A DNA stretch of 64,000 nucleotides from positions 2,418,001 through 2,482,000 of the forward strand of contig OZ361259.1 of NCBI GenBank assembly GCA_977018835.1. Reading direction: 5' to 3'. The notes under the pieces are model-generated. The model had not been told where the DNA came from, searched no databases, and saw nothing but the letters and a program-made list of their open reading frames with translations. How positions within the stretch are numbered: position 1 is the stretch's first letter; every line of letters starts with the position of its first letter. Made by a program: the position numbers and the translations under genes. This DNA is from Minutocellus sp. GHC0000111. Its lineage: Eukaryota. Below, piece by piece: positions 21,639 to 33,839 of this stretch.

Positions 21639-23600
21639 ATGACGAACCAACGGTCCATCAATAACAATCGCCGCCGCCGTCCTCGGTCCGACCGGTCCGT
21701 CGGCTTTCGGTGGGGCACTGTCCTTTTGTCGGCATGCGTTGTCATGGGTGGCACCACATCTTATGTCGCTTCCGCGCAAGAGCACGCGGCGACGATGACA
21801 GTTGAGCAAGATACGAGAACTGGCACCGGCGAAAGCGTGGAAGATGATGCCAGCGGCGTGAAGGTGGTTGCTGACCAGCACGTCGTAGGAAATGATTCGT
21901 CGTTGGTCAATGCAGATGTCGTTCAGCCTGGTTCTGCTGCATCGGTGAAAGACGCTGAAGAAATTCGTAAGGACGATGATGAGGAAAGCACTGACGCCAA
22001 ACCAGATCGGCCTTCTGTTTGGGGGTCGGCGTCGTCAAATGGTGTCGGCACTGCTGAGTCCGAGGCATCGACGGCAGCTTTCGCGGGGAAGAGAAAGCTC
22101 GCAGCTGCGAGTGACAAGCCCCTCGTCCTTGAGGACCAAGATGCGGAGATATCTGGTCGCACTACTGATTCCTCTTCGGCTGACATTAAAAATCACCAGC
22201 AAGTGAAGGAAGAGCATCCCTCTACGGGCACTGTATTCGGGGCGGTGAAACACGATGGATCCAACGTCCAGACAAGTGAAAAAGCTCATGCTGCGTTTGT
22301 GAAATCAGGTGAATCTGCAAAGAAGGACTCGGTATCTCCTCCGTTGGCAGGGTCATCCGATTCAATAGCTGCGGCCGCGATGCGGAAGAAGGCAGCGGCG
22401 GCGGCGGCAGCTGCAGCTTCTCCCATACCGAAAGTGAATACAACCGGAAGAGAGAACGCGCAAAATATTGAACCACCGGAGGGATACTATCTGGCAGCTC
22501 ACGTGGTAACAGATCCAAGAGATGGGCTGTCTTATTTTGCAACCGCCGAGCCATGGTCCGTCAGCGAGAGTCACCACGACAGCCATCTCGAGATCCCCTA
22601 CCAAAATTGTGGTTACTCGGGATCGACGACGCAGGCCATACCCCTGAAATCGGGACACTTTCGCCACTTGCCTCCTGGGGTGCATCCAGAAACCTGGACG
22701 ACGGCTACATCGACTAGATCGCCGGGTGCGGCTCTCATATCGAATCTGATAACCGGAAGCGATTCTTCCGATGGCTCGAGCGGCGCCGGGACTGAACATC
22801 GCAAGGATCCACAGCTACTGGTTGTTCTCAAACCGCTCGAGCTCACTGTGAGCGGTAATGGCGCCGAGTCGTGACGATTTCAGGCAGGAGACTGTGTGCT
22901 ATTGGAAGATACGGTGGGCAAGGGCCACAAACTCAGCCCAATCGGTGGAGAGGAGTTGAGTGTTCTGATGCTTGCGTTGCCACGACATCATCATGCGCAC
23001 CATCACCACTACCATCATCAAGAGAAGGAGGAATTGCACATTCCTCTGATGGATAGCGAGAATGGAGAGAAAGGACAAGCCGATACACAGCCAGGTATTT
23101 TCAGGCCAACAAATTCGGTGGCGTCTGCGAATAGTAAGGCTGGTAGGCATCTGTCGGTCCTCGGTCTGCGACGAAGAGGTATCAACTAGGGACGACTTCC
23201 GAGACCATGTCGGGTTCCTCATTCTTCGTCACTCTCGGGGGATGCGTCAGTATTAGTAACAGATGGCGAAAGCACCGCCACTTTTCTATCAGATGGTGAT
23301 AGCGTGGCAGCAGCCATCCTTGGAGCCGATGGCTTCCTGGGCCGCCGCCGAGCCTTCATTGGTACTGTCGGATTCGGCCTGTCGGCATTTACTGCATACT
23401 TCTTGGGACAGGTAGCTCCATGGGTGCTCGGTTTGATGGGGCTTCTCACTGCGTTTGTCGGCGGTGCCATTGTGTTTGATGGTCTGATTGGTGCCGTCTG
23501 GGCGGAAATTAGTGACTTGGTACAAAAGATCAAAGCTGGCTCTCTGCTCATCGATGACGAAGAGCAAGACAATGCAAATGATGATGGCATCTCTAACTAA
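21639..23600 (+). CDS. Cupin-like paralog 2, frameshifted near 22872 and ~23150-23300
   Basis: IEPPEGYYLA, LEIPY.NCG, FRHLPPG, QLLVVLKPLELTVSG, then in another frame LLEDTVGKGHK; all match paralog 1. Confidence 0.65.
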
Positions 23601-23667
23601 TAGTAGCACAAACTATGAAGAAGATATCCGTACTAGCTAGTATGAAAGATTGCTTTGATTTTAAAGC

Positions 23668-24608
23668 TCATCTAATACAAGCTTCTCCAATCTCTTTCGC
23701 GAAACTCTCTTCAATAGTTTTCTTCGTCCAAAGTACAGCCTCTGGTAATGATGCGACATCTTTCTGTGTATGAGGCATCGAGGGCATATAGGGCTGAGGT
23801 CCAAGCTCGGGAGAGCACCAGCACTCCGTGGCGCCGTTTGCAATCTGATGTTTCCACATCTGTACCCAATTATTCAGCTGCAGCTGAACGTCTCGATTGT
23901 ATTCCTTGGCACTTGGATCGGCAATCTGCGGTCCCTGTGCAAAGCCCAGACGACCGTGAACGTAATCGCACCGTTCCGCTACACTTTTCAGCAATTTAGG
24001 CCACCATTCTGCATCTCTGGCTTCACTCGGATCGAATACACGTTCACAGGCCACGAACCAATGGCTCAGATCGGCATTGAGGCGAAGACCTTTGAGCTGC
24101 GCAATCTCTGGCCTGGATAGTATATCTCTGGTAGCAAAGGGTGACCCAAACAGTCGCTGCCGATGGGTCTCAATGACCACCTTGAACGGAGACTTGGCTG
24201 CCAAATGGGAGGCAAACGTTAGGAATTGGATGGATTCCTCCATCGTCCATGCGTCCACTCCGGCATGTACATTGATGAAGCCATCATTCTGGACTTGGCC
24301 GAGGAGGTTGCAGCATGCAGCAACCTGCTGTTCCAAATCAGTGATGTGATCGTCGCATCTGGCCGAACCGACGTAAACATACTCCCCGGTGGCATCGGAT
24401 AGGTACCCGCCAGACGTGTGAATTTGACAAACGACGGCAAGGCTGGCCTCGTTGGCACTTTGGACCAGTATCCTTTGTGCCTCGTCGGTGTTCCAGGCGA
24501 GGGCGATTCCTCTACGCCCGAGTAACCTTCCGATGCGATCGAACGGAACAGGGCCGGTGATATTGGTTCTTCCACTCCCCACAGGGTCTTGACGAGGCGG
24601 AGGGACAT
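23668..24608 (-). CDS. Xylose-isomerase-like TIM-barrel (sugar phosphate isomerase/epimerase family); frameshift near 24510
   Basis: KTLWG..EGYSGVE in one frame; INVHAG.D, ETHRQR, DLSHW.VACER, H.R.G..Q.PQ..DP and PELGP.PY in another. Confidence 0.8.
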
Positions 24609-24915
24609 GTTTGTGCTACAGAATAGAACCACTCTTCTGAGGGAAATGACTACGTGTACTACAACACTACCGTAGTAACTACTACTACGTAGCTAGAGTA
24701 CGGTACTGAGAGAGGAGAGAGTTTGCAAGTTTGCAGTTCAGTAGTCTCTCTCAATGTTGGAGACGGACAGACCAAAAATGAGGCGGACCGACCGACCGAC
24801 CGTCCAGCCTGCCGTCGTCGTCACAATCCTGCCGAAGATACCGACGTTATCGTATTGCACCAGCAAAGCAGAAGGCACATCAAGACACTAGTCTAGCTAG
24901 CACTACGTAGCAAGA

Positions 24916-27618
24916 ATGGCCGGCTTAGAGGATATGCTCCTGGGAGGGTCCGACGACGATTCGTCGGGTGACGAGGAGGCCGTCGAGCAGTCGGGAGTTG
25001 TTGCGGCCCCGGCTCCGGCTCCGTCTGCTCCGGCTCCTGTCGCGGCAGCCCCTGCTCCAGCACCAGCTCCCGTCGCGGCAGCGGCTTCTTCCGGTAGCGG
25101 CGGCAGTGGTATGCCAGCCCCCAGCCCGAGGGGTGGCAAGGGCGGTAAGAATCTGGCGGCCGCCAAGGCCCGGGCCGATGCCAAGGTCGCGGCCGAGAAG
25201 CAAAAGGCGGCGGCCGCCGCTCCAGCTCCAGGCGCAGGCGCAGGTTCTGCTCCAGGTTCTGCGGGCGCAGCTCCAGCTGCAGGTCCGGGACAGTCGGAGA
25301 TGACCCGCCGCCTCAAGAGCTTGTACGGTCCGGCCGCCGAGGCGCATCAGCAGCAGGCGCAGCAGGCCGCCCAGCAGAAGGCCGCACAAAAGCAACAGCA
25401 GCAGCCTCCTGCGGCTGCCCGACGAGCTGCTCCCCATCCCGGGGCGCCCGTCCCCGCTGCCCCGTCCGTCCCGGGCCCGGGTGCGTCCTCCCTCGTGGCC
25501 AGCGTGGACATCGAGCCGACGTCGCTCAGCACCATCCGGCAGAAGCAGCATCAGCATCAGCAGGCACGGGGCAGCAGCAGTTGCACCATCACAACCACCC
25601 GACACCGTCACAACAACATGGCGGTGGCGGTGGATGCGGAGGTGGATCCCGCCGATCGAGCGGAGGTGGCGGCGGCAGTAGTAGTATCGGAAGTGGCAGC
25701 GAGGGAGGAGGCGGTGGAGGTGGACGGTCGTCGTCGGCCTATCCACCGCAATACTCTCAGCAGCAGCAGCAACAACAACAACAGCCGGGCGGCGGACCGA
25801 GCCGGTACCACGGCGGGAGCGGCTCGTCCATGTCGTCGTCGTCCGGGGCGCCCCGCGACGTCCACCACCAGCAGCAGGAGGTGGCCTACCAGGAAAAGAA
25901 GAAGAAGGAGCAGTTCCTCATGTCCACCCGCGTCCTCATGAAGTATCTGGAATCCAAGGACGCCGCCATGCACCAGCAGGCCAAGCAGGTCATCAAGGTC
26001 TGCGCCGAACGGAACAAGCAGGGCGATCCCAAGTACGCCAGCCTCACCTCGAGCATGAGGGAGCAGCTCCGGCAGGTCGTCGGGGAGCAGTACTGGAGGA
26101 AGGCGGAGGACTACCTCAAGCACTTTCTCCAGACCAAGGGGGCAGAGCAGGCCAAGCGCGCCATGGCCCTCAGCCATGGCGGCGGCGGAAGTGGGGGCAG
26201 GGGTGGGGGTCAGGCGAGGAGCTCCTCTCAGCAGCAGCAACAGCCACAGCAAAGGCCGGGCATGGGCAGCGGCGGTCCCATGAGATCACCGCCGGGTGAC
26301 TACGTCCCTCAGCAGCGGCCGATGCCTGCTCAAAGCAAGAGCAAGGCCGGATCGGCCGTCGGCCTTACCAGCCAGCAGAAGAAGGCCGAGGAGAAGAAGC
26401 GGGAGCAGGAGAAGGCCCTGCGCCAGGCCAAGACACAGAAGGGAAAGGCCCAGCAGAAGGGGAGCGGATCGGCCGATGCCAAGGAAGGCAGCGTCGCAGC
26501 AGGCCCAGACGGAGATCCAGAAGGCGGCGCAGCTGCTCAATATGCGGCAGAGGGGGATGACTCCCCCGGCCAACTTGGGGGCCGCGGCCGCCGCCCTCCT
26601 CGCGTGCGGCAAGACCGGTGGCGGGTCGTCGGTCGCGTCGGCGTCGTCGTATGGCGACAAGCAGACGCTGGAGCTGATGGAGCACCTCGATCATGCAGTG
26701 ATATACGACCAAGCCAGAGTTGCTCCATCCTGCTTTCGAAAGATTACCGGGAGGATATTGACATCCAGCGTGAGCAGAAGAAGCTGTTGTTCGGGGACGG
26801 CAATTCTCTTGGCAAGGTCATTAGGGTGCCGCCGTCGGCTGGAAATTCCGCGGCTGTCATCGCTGGAGCTCAAGGGATGGTCGAGCAGGAACATTGTTTC
26901 TGCCAGGACGGCCTGGGCCAAGGTACGACTCCCGGAGAATGAAGCAGCATCGAGTCCAGATCGGCCCTTGCTCCCAGGAGAGAAAGACCCAGCTCCCATA
27001 GCTGTGGAAAGCGCAGATGCTGTCGAGACGACGTCGACGGCAGTAGGGACCCCGTATGAGTGGTTCAACGAGATTAGAGCCGAAGAAGATGAAACGCTCA
27101 CCCTGCTGAGCGAGGCTACCGAAATGTATGTCAGGTCGCTTCTGGAAGATTCGATAAATCAGGCCCGACAACGGCAAAACCTGGATGGTGTCCGTCTTTG
27201 GTATCAACAGCACAATGGGGCCACAAAGGCACCGCTCTGTTTGCGCCTTGGTTGCGATGTTAAGCGACAGGAGGCTTTGGCAACTGGCAACGCCGCCATG
27301 ACCGTCAAGAGGATGGAGGAAGCGCTGGATCGACAGAAGTTGCCCCAAAACGAGCGCAATCTGAATAGCAATGAAACATTGTACAAGGCAACGAGTATGT
27401 CGGACCTCGCCAAGCGGCCGCGCCTCGCGCGGGCGCCGGAAAGGGCCGAGTTCGATGCCAAGCGAAGCTTCGAGGAGTACAGCGGTAAGAATAGTGGCGC
27501 TCCGCCCCTTGGTAGGGTGCCGAAGAAAGTCAAGATTGGTAAGAAGGATATCACGCTATGCGTACAGGATCCTCATTTCCCGTGGAAACGGAAGCGAACT
27601 GTCGCTGCAAATATCTAG
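24916..27618 (+). CDS. TAF4-like protein (RST-like domain plus histone-fold-like region); two frameshifts (~25580, ~26480)
   Basis: Helical domain FLM.TRVLMKYLE..QAKQVIK.CAERNK..LRQVVGEQYW; LLSEATEMYVRSLLEDSI..ARQR; ATGNAA; three overlapping ORFs in different frames. Confidence 0.6.
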
Positions 27619-27773
27619 CTACCGGTACGTACGTGCTTGATAGTAGTTTGTGAAAGCTACAAATTGGTATTAGATCTTCAACTATTCTACACTACATCAA
27701 TTGAGTACATCTCTAGATCTAGCCAGAAAATGACTTAATGAAAGCAGCTAGATACAGCCTTCATTCTAATATT

Positions 27774-28457
27774 CTAATCCCTGCACCAATTGACAAGGTA
27801 ATAATCCAGTCCAAGATCTTTGATCAAAGGTTGATACCGTTCCTCAACCTGACCTCGTTTAAAGCCATCAATTAAGCACCACTTTGCCCTATACTTCTCA
27901 TTAACATTCTGGCGGATCCCAACATCACTACCCACTTTCGCAAGCACAGCCGCAACAGTTTCGGCACTCGAATCAACTCCAAGCCAGCTGAATACTTCTT
28001 CCAGATGTCTTGCAGGATCAATGACAAAATCTTCGAGTTTGAGCAATTTCGGCCCGTTTTGCAGATGGCGCATGTCTTCCATCAAATATTTGTGAACTTG
28101 AACATAGTTCTGAAGCAAAGTGTCGAATGGAACAACATCGGACCCTCCCAAGAGATGATGGTGGCCGTATGCATTTGCGATCGGATGACGAGTTGTGAAC
28201 AAAAATTTCGTCGGAGGTGCCTTTGGTTCTTCCGAACCCTCTACGTTGATGTTGTACAGGCCCTGGAATGCTCGGCTCATGACGGCTGCGGGAGGTGACT
28301 TGTCGACCCATACTGGCTTGGTCAGGTTCCAGTGACTCCCATAACGATTCAGTAGTCGAGCAAAATTCTCCACTGTTACACGTTCGTCTTGTTCTGTAAG
28401 ATGCACCGATGCCTCGTCTGCGAGCGCGTACCTTGGTCCCCGCATGGCGTTGATGGG
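27774..28457 (-). pseudogene. Sulfotransferase-family gene, 3' half (interrupted by transposon)
   Basis: VWVDKSPP, FLFTTRHPIANA and LKLEDFV.DP...LEEVFSWLG motifs; abuts the left TIR. Confidence 0.75.
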
Positions 28458-28459
28458 CA

Positions 28460-31400
28460 CCTTTCGAGTTCAGAGGATTTGAAAGTGACGTGATGATGAC
28501 GTATTAGAAACACGACCACACCAGACCAAAAATCCAAGCTCACTTTTTCTAACTCCGAGGAATAAATGACGGCCAAGATGGAAGTCGGGGCAAGAACCAA
28601 GTTATGGTCACCAACTTCTACATATAGTCGAGAGATATTGTTTACCAGAACCAATAAATGTACATTATGTGATGATTTTTTTCGACATTTGCATTCCTCA
28701 CCCCGGGAAAAAATACATTTTTGGAAGCACCAAATCAAAATGTAATGAATAGAAATGGACATGCTATGATAAGTTATAGCAAATCAATGACTCCATCGTC
28801 TTCATCATTTTCATCTATGTCGTCCTCAATGTCATCATCTTCGCCGGGAGCATCAATTGGCCAGAGTGGTTCACCATCCTCTTCAGCTTCTTCCTCGGCA
28901 ATTTTTGCGAGACCAGCCTTTCCCCGTCTGGTCTCCACAAGATTGTTACCGCCACGACTTCTCTTGATGTTGTTATATATCACTGGAAGTTTTCCAAATA
29001 CATTGAGAAAGGCCTCTTTTGATGCGACATTGGCCCATACTTTCATCACAGTCTTGTCAAGAGCATTCGCATCATTCTTCTGACCGCGATGTTCCTTTTC
29101 GACGGCCGACTGCAAAGACATCCAGATGCCGAGATCAAGAACATTTGTCTCGGGCGACCGAGGAACCTGCTGGATTATCTCAATCTTATATTTGTTTTTG
29201 AGGTCCTCGGTGTACTTCTCAACTGCTTCATTGGACCCATGACCGCCGGCATTGTCCATCATAAGACACATAACATCAGACTCCTGAATATTTTGTGGAT
29301 CCCACTTCACCCAATGATGTGCGTCTCGAGTCGCCTTCCCGACCTCATTCACAGTCTCCAACATCCATTTGGAGTCGCAGCTACAGTCCTTGGCAACCTT
29401 ATCGCCCCGTTGATACCTCACCCCGAGCTCAAGGTCGTCGATCTCAACCTTCACCTTCTCTCCATTGCTATCAGGAGTGTGTCGCTTGAGACTCGAGATC
29501 TTTTGATTGCAGCCAACAGCGGCATGCTTGCGACTTTTTGCCTGACCGTCGGATTTACAGTCCTCGCATTGAAGTTCCAATCGCTCTGTAACAAACTCAG
29601 AAAGGCCGTAGATTTCGGCAATGTGGTCGCAAAGATGGCCGGCGGTCATGTCAGCATTCTCGTCGTAAATGTCGCGCCAATCTTTGTCATTTTTAGCGCA
29701 TCGTTGACCTTAGCATCTGGAGAGAAATTCTGATTACGCGTAAGCTTTTCCACCTTCTGCTCCCTGGCGACTCTCTTGATCATGATGCGCCCATTGAAAT
29801 CAACGTCTTTGGTTTCATCCTTCATTGGTCGGCCAACAACTCCAAGACACATAACTTTGACAGGGCATCTTCTGGATCGAATTTTCGGGCTTGCCTCGGA
29901 AGCATGGATAGACGCGAGGTTCGGACTGCTTAGTTCTTCGTCAGAAAGTGGCAACATCTTGATCTTTCGTCGCCGAGTAGCAGTGTAAAACCACTTTTCA
30001 TCAAGATGCGCTACAGGAATGTTGGGATCGGTCGCAATGTCCTCCCACTTTTCGATCCAATCAAGTCGCTTCCTACAATGTTCGGGGGTGAGCCTCGGCT
30101 TCTCGATCGACGACTTCTCCTTGCCGCCTTGCTTTTTCCACCAGCGAAAAAGCTGAAGACGATGGAGACTAATTGTCAGCCTGTCTTCATCTGGAGTAGC
30201 TGATTTTGCGCTCATGCAGTCAGCTAGCTCCTTAAAGGTTGCCATCGCACCCTTCATCCGAGTAGCATGCCGACACAGCTCGCGGAGATGTCCTGGCTCC
30301 TTCTCCTCGATCATGTCCGTGCATGCCTTCCTTCCACGAACCTCCTTTCTGCCGATGGGATTGCTGATGCCATCAGTGAGGCTTTTGTAGAGCTGGTCTC
30401 TCCACTTGTAAAGCTGAGAACCACCGGTTGACTTGGCATAGCCGTGATCGTGCGCAACTTGCCGACACGCGGCAGTTGCAATTTGTTGCCGGTCTTCATG
30501 CGTGCGAGTTGGGTCGCCGCATCCCCACCAATCCGCGAGAGCCACGGCGCTGAACCGCATTCTTTCATTCGCCTGCTTTTCTTTTCTGATTGGTGTTGGT
30601 TCGGTGACGGTTGCATTGGGACGAGGAGGACGGAGCATGTCATCGTTGGCCATCCGAACAACAAAGTCGAGGCCGAGAGCGACCTTTACCTGTTCATCAA
30701 TGTCACTGGAGGTGGCACAGACAACGGAAGTGTCGGCTCCTCCTAAACCTTCATCATTGGGGGAGGCTGCAGCTGCTTCAGTGGCGGAAGCATCACCAGT
30801 TCCCTTCAGCATGCTGAGGAGACTTGCTGGCATCCAACCCAGTTTCTTGGCCTCGTCGACTAGTGATTTCACTCTTGCTTCGCAATGCGCTGACTGCACC
30901 TCCTTTCTGTGAGCTGACAACCTCTCACCTAGCTTAGTAGCTAAGACAGTCGAGCGCCCAGAGAACAGAACTTCATCGGGATTTCTTTTCTCGTGCACCT
31001 TCTGTCCCTCCGGTCCAGAGAATTTCGGGTGGTTGTCCTCCTTCTTTTTACGCAACCTGTGAGCACAAACATAAAGCGCCCTGCGTCTTGTCTTCCCTCT
31101 CGGCCGACACGTCGACAAGTGCAACTTCAAACTACAATGCTCCTTGAGATGTTGCTGCACATCCTTCCATTTTTCCTCGTTGTACTGTAGCTCATACTTT
31201 CCTCCACCGACGGACTTGGAACGCAACAAGTCGGCCTCGATGAAAGCAGGGAGGACGTCTTCCCATTTCTGCCGAGAACCAACACAAATGTCATCTTTGC
31301 CGCAGGAATCGGGGGTTGCTCTCCACCACAGATCCTTACCAGCCCTTCGAATGACATCTGCTGCAAGGAGAAAGGCCATGGGGATAGGAGGAGGGGCCGT

Positions 31401-31907
31401 CCTCTTCTTCGCCGACGACGGTGACGGTTTGGCGGGCGAATTTGTGACCGTGGCCGCTTCTTCGACGTGCTTGCGCTCGGCGATGGTGTTTTCGGCTCAG
31501 CTGCCGCCTTTGCCGCCTTCCTGGATGCCTTGGTGTTGCCTCTCTTGCTCCCTGAGAACGAAGTTCTGCTGCGTTTGTATTTTTTGGGCGTGGTCTGGTT
31601 GGTCGTCGTCATCGTCACAAAATTTGCGGGTTGCGGTGAGGGTGTGCGGGGGACCAAAAAACACATGTGTTCCTGCCAGAATCTACTGGACCTGCGAATT
31701 CAGTGGATAACACTACTGGTCGGTGGCAACCTACTGAATGAGCAGGTCCAGTAGACATCCACGAGTTGAGGAGAGTGTTTTTGCGTTCCTCCCGAAGAGA
31801 ACATCGACTAACAAGACACGTGTGGTGGGAAATGAGAAATGGGTGCAAGAATGACCTTTTTTAGGGGTTGTTGGTATACCCTCTACAAATCCTCTGAAAC
31901 CGAAAGG
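28460..31907 (-). mobile_element. Tc1/mariner-superfamily DNA transposon (DD39D), ~3.45 kb
   Basis: 22-bp TIRs 28460-28481 (cctttcgagttcagaggatttg) and 31886-31907 (reverse complement cctttcggtttcagaggatttg), 2 mismatches; flanked by CA and TG where a TA TSD is expected; splits a host gene. Confidence 0.88.
28774..31612 (-). pseudogene. Mariner-like transposase with frameshifts
   Basis: HLDEKWFY, MDNAGGHG and QVPRSPETNVLDLG motifs (39 residues between 2nd and 3rd Asp); split across ORFs 31127-31666, 29646-31379 and 28774-29649. Confidence 0.85.
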
Positions 31908-31909
31908 TG

Positions 31910-32464
31910 CTTCCCAACGCTGACCATTTGTTTGTCAAAATCATGAGACGACTTGATGGCCAGTTCTGTGGCGACCCCATGCTGCGGCAGGACGTCCTGC
32001 ATCAGCACACCCTCTCGCTGAAGCTGACGCCGCTTTCGAATTCCGACCCGAAGCCAGTGGTCTCGGGGTGTTTGGTGATGCACTCCCACAGGAGCGTGGT
32101 GCCAGATCGATGTGCACCGCCAATGGTCAAAATGGTCTTGTGCTCGCGAATGAGTGACTTCCACTCCGACGGCGTATTGTGCAAATCAAAATAGGCATGT
32201 CCGAGAATTGCAGTTGGACCAAACATCCAACACCGCGATGTTTGCGGCAATGTCACTGTGAATCCGAGAGTGGTTGCCAGGGGAATCAGAGGCATTTCCT
32301 TGCGTTTCATTGGGGAAGAAGATGAGGATGATGAGGCAGAGGCATTCGCATTGTCTTTTTACTTTTTTCTTGCGTGCTGCTGCTGCTGCTGCTGCTCCTG
32401 TTGCCGGCGACGATGTGTCAGGCCCCACCTTGTCTTTCTTCCTTTGTTTCTTGGTCGGGGACAT
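31910..32464 (-). pseudogene. Sulfotransferase-family gene, 5' half
   Basis: TM anchor, then IGGAHRSGTTLLW..I.KHP (5'-PSB loop) and EGVLMQDV; frameshifted. Confidence 0.75.
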
Positions 32465-33204
32465 TGCACCATTAGTGGTCGGAATGAGTAGAGAGTACGC
32501 ACTCAACAACGCATTAGAGTTAGCACCGCGTGTTGCGGCAGAGCGTTGCAGACGGCCGTTGAAAAGTGGAGGTTGACCACTCCTTGGCAAAACTTTTTCT
32601 CATTTTTTGCCTCATCATCTCTGTGAGGGAGCAGGCCTACTCCGCGAAGTCTGAGGCTCGACGTGGATCGACGACCATTGCGTCATCAAGGCGCAATCGG
32701 ACTGCGCTCACAATGCAAAACTGCGTCACGAAAGCCCTTGAAGTCGCAATCGACTTGGATGACGAAGAGAAAGTGGCTTTGTGTGGCATATTTGTCCCTT
32801 TATGCACCAGCACACTGTGGTCTTTTGTGGCCTTTTCATCCCTCCCGTTCCACAAGAGCTTTCATACTTTTTTATGTTTATCCGTACTCCCGTCTCTGTA
32901 CGAGGACTTCTGTGCTTGCACACTAATTCTCACACTGCACGTCAAAACTTACATATACTAGACTAGTAGGAATTCCTATGGGGGAAACGCCGGAGGCGAA
33001 AAGATATCCCGCCGCAAGTTATGTTATCCCGCGATGCGTGCATCATAGGAATGTTCCTACATGTAACACGTGCTGATGCTCTCACTGCATCTCACTTTTT
33101 CTGGAAGAGCAAAATAGCGAGACCAACCAAAGCCGCTTACATACAGCTAACTCCGAGCCATCCACCCACAACTACGAGCTCCAAACCTACCGCATTATTC
33201 AAAA

Positions 33205-33666
33205 ATGATCAACATCTCTTCAGTACAAACCCCCACCACACCCATCGATCGCCGCCGCCGTTGCCACCGTCGTGTCACATTCGTGAAAACGGCGTATGTT
33301 TACAATATCCCCAGCTTGAAGGAATTCACCGATAAGGAGATCTCTCAAACATGGCTCACACCGCAAGACGAGGAAAGGATCAAGAACGACATGCTTCGTA
33401 CTGTCGTATGCATGCGCAAAGGTGACATCAACATTGGCATGTGCACTCGCGGTTTAGAGCACTTGAAGAGCTCCGAAAGAACGCAGAGACGCGTCTCGGA
33501 CAAACAACGTGTGGTCCATGCCGTCCTTTCCGAGCAGTCCAATCAATGTCACCGAGAGATCTATAGCTCAAAAAATATAGCCGCTGTTTCGTCGGCGCTG
33601 AGCCAGAGAGCTAGAGATCGTGCCGTCCTTTTGGCGGCGCATGATGCCATCGATATCAATGCATAA
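33205..33666 (+). CDS. Diatom-type uncharacterised protein, paralog of 12036-13232
   Basis: RVTF, EISQTW, CTRGLEHLKS, VHAVL.EQ and SQRARDRA motifs. Confidence 0.72.
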   Translation: MINISSVQTPTTPIDRRRRCHRRVTFVKTAYVYNIPSLKEFTDKEISQTWLTPQDEERIKNDMLRTVVCMRKGDINIGMCTRGLEHLKSSERTQRRVSDKQRVVHAVLSEQSNQCHREIYSSKNIAAVSSALSQRARDRAVLLAAHDAIDINA

Positions 33667-33839
33667 TTAAATATTCAGAGATGATGTGAATTAGATTTCT
33701 AGCTCCGTAATATGTATGTATAATTTTGGATTCGTACGCGTAGCCATTCTGTTTATGTATCTAGGACTCTATTAGATCTACCTGAAAGATCCACCTCCTG
33801 TTATATCAAGTGATGGTTATATTGTAACTCAAAACTTTA

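Noticed and set aside
20360..21757. True overlap of the ankyrin ORF with cupin paralog 2
   Set aside because: Using internal ATGs (21505 minus, 21639 plus) gives an ordinary divergent gene pair with a short spacer.
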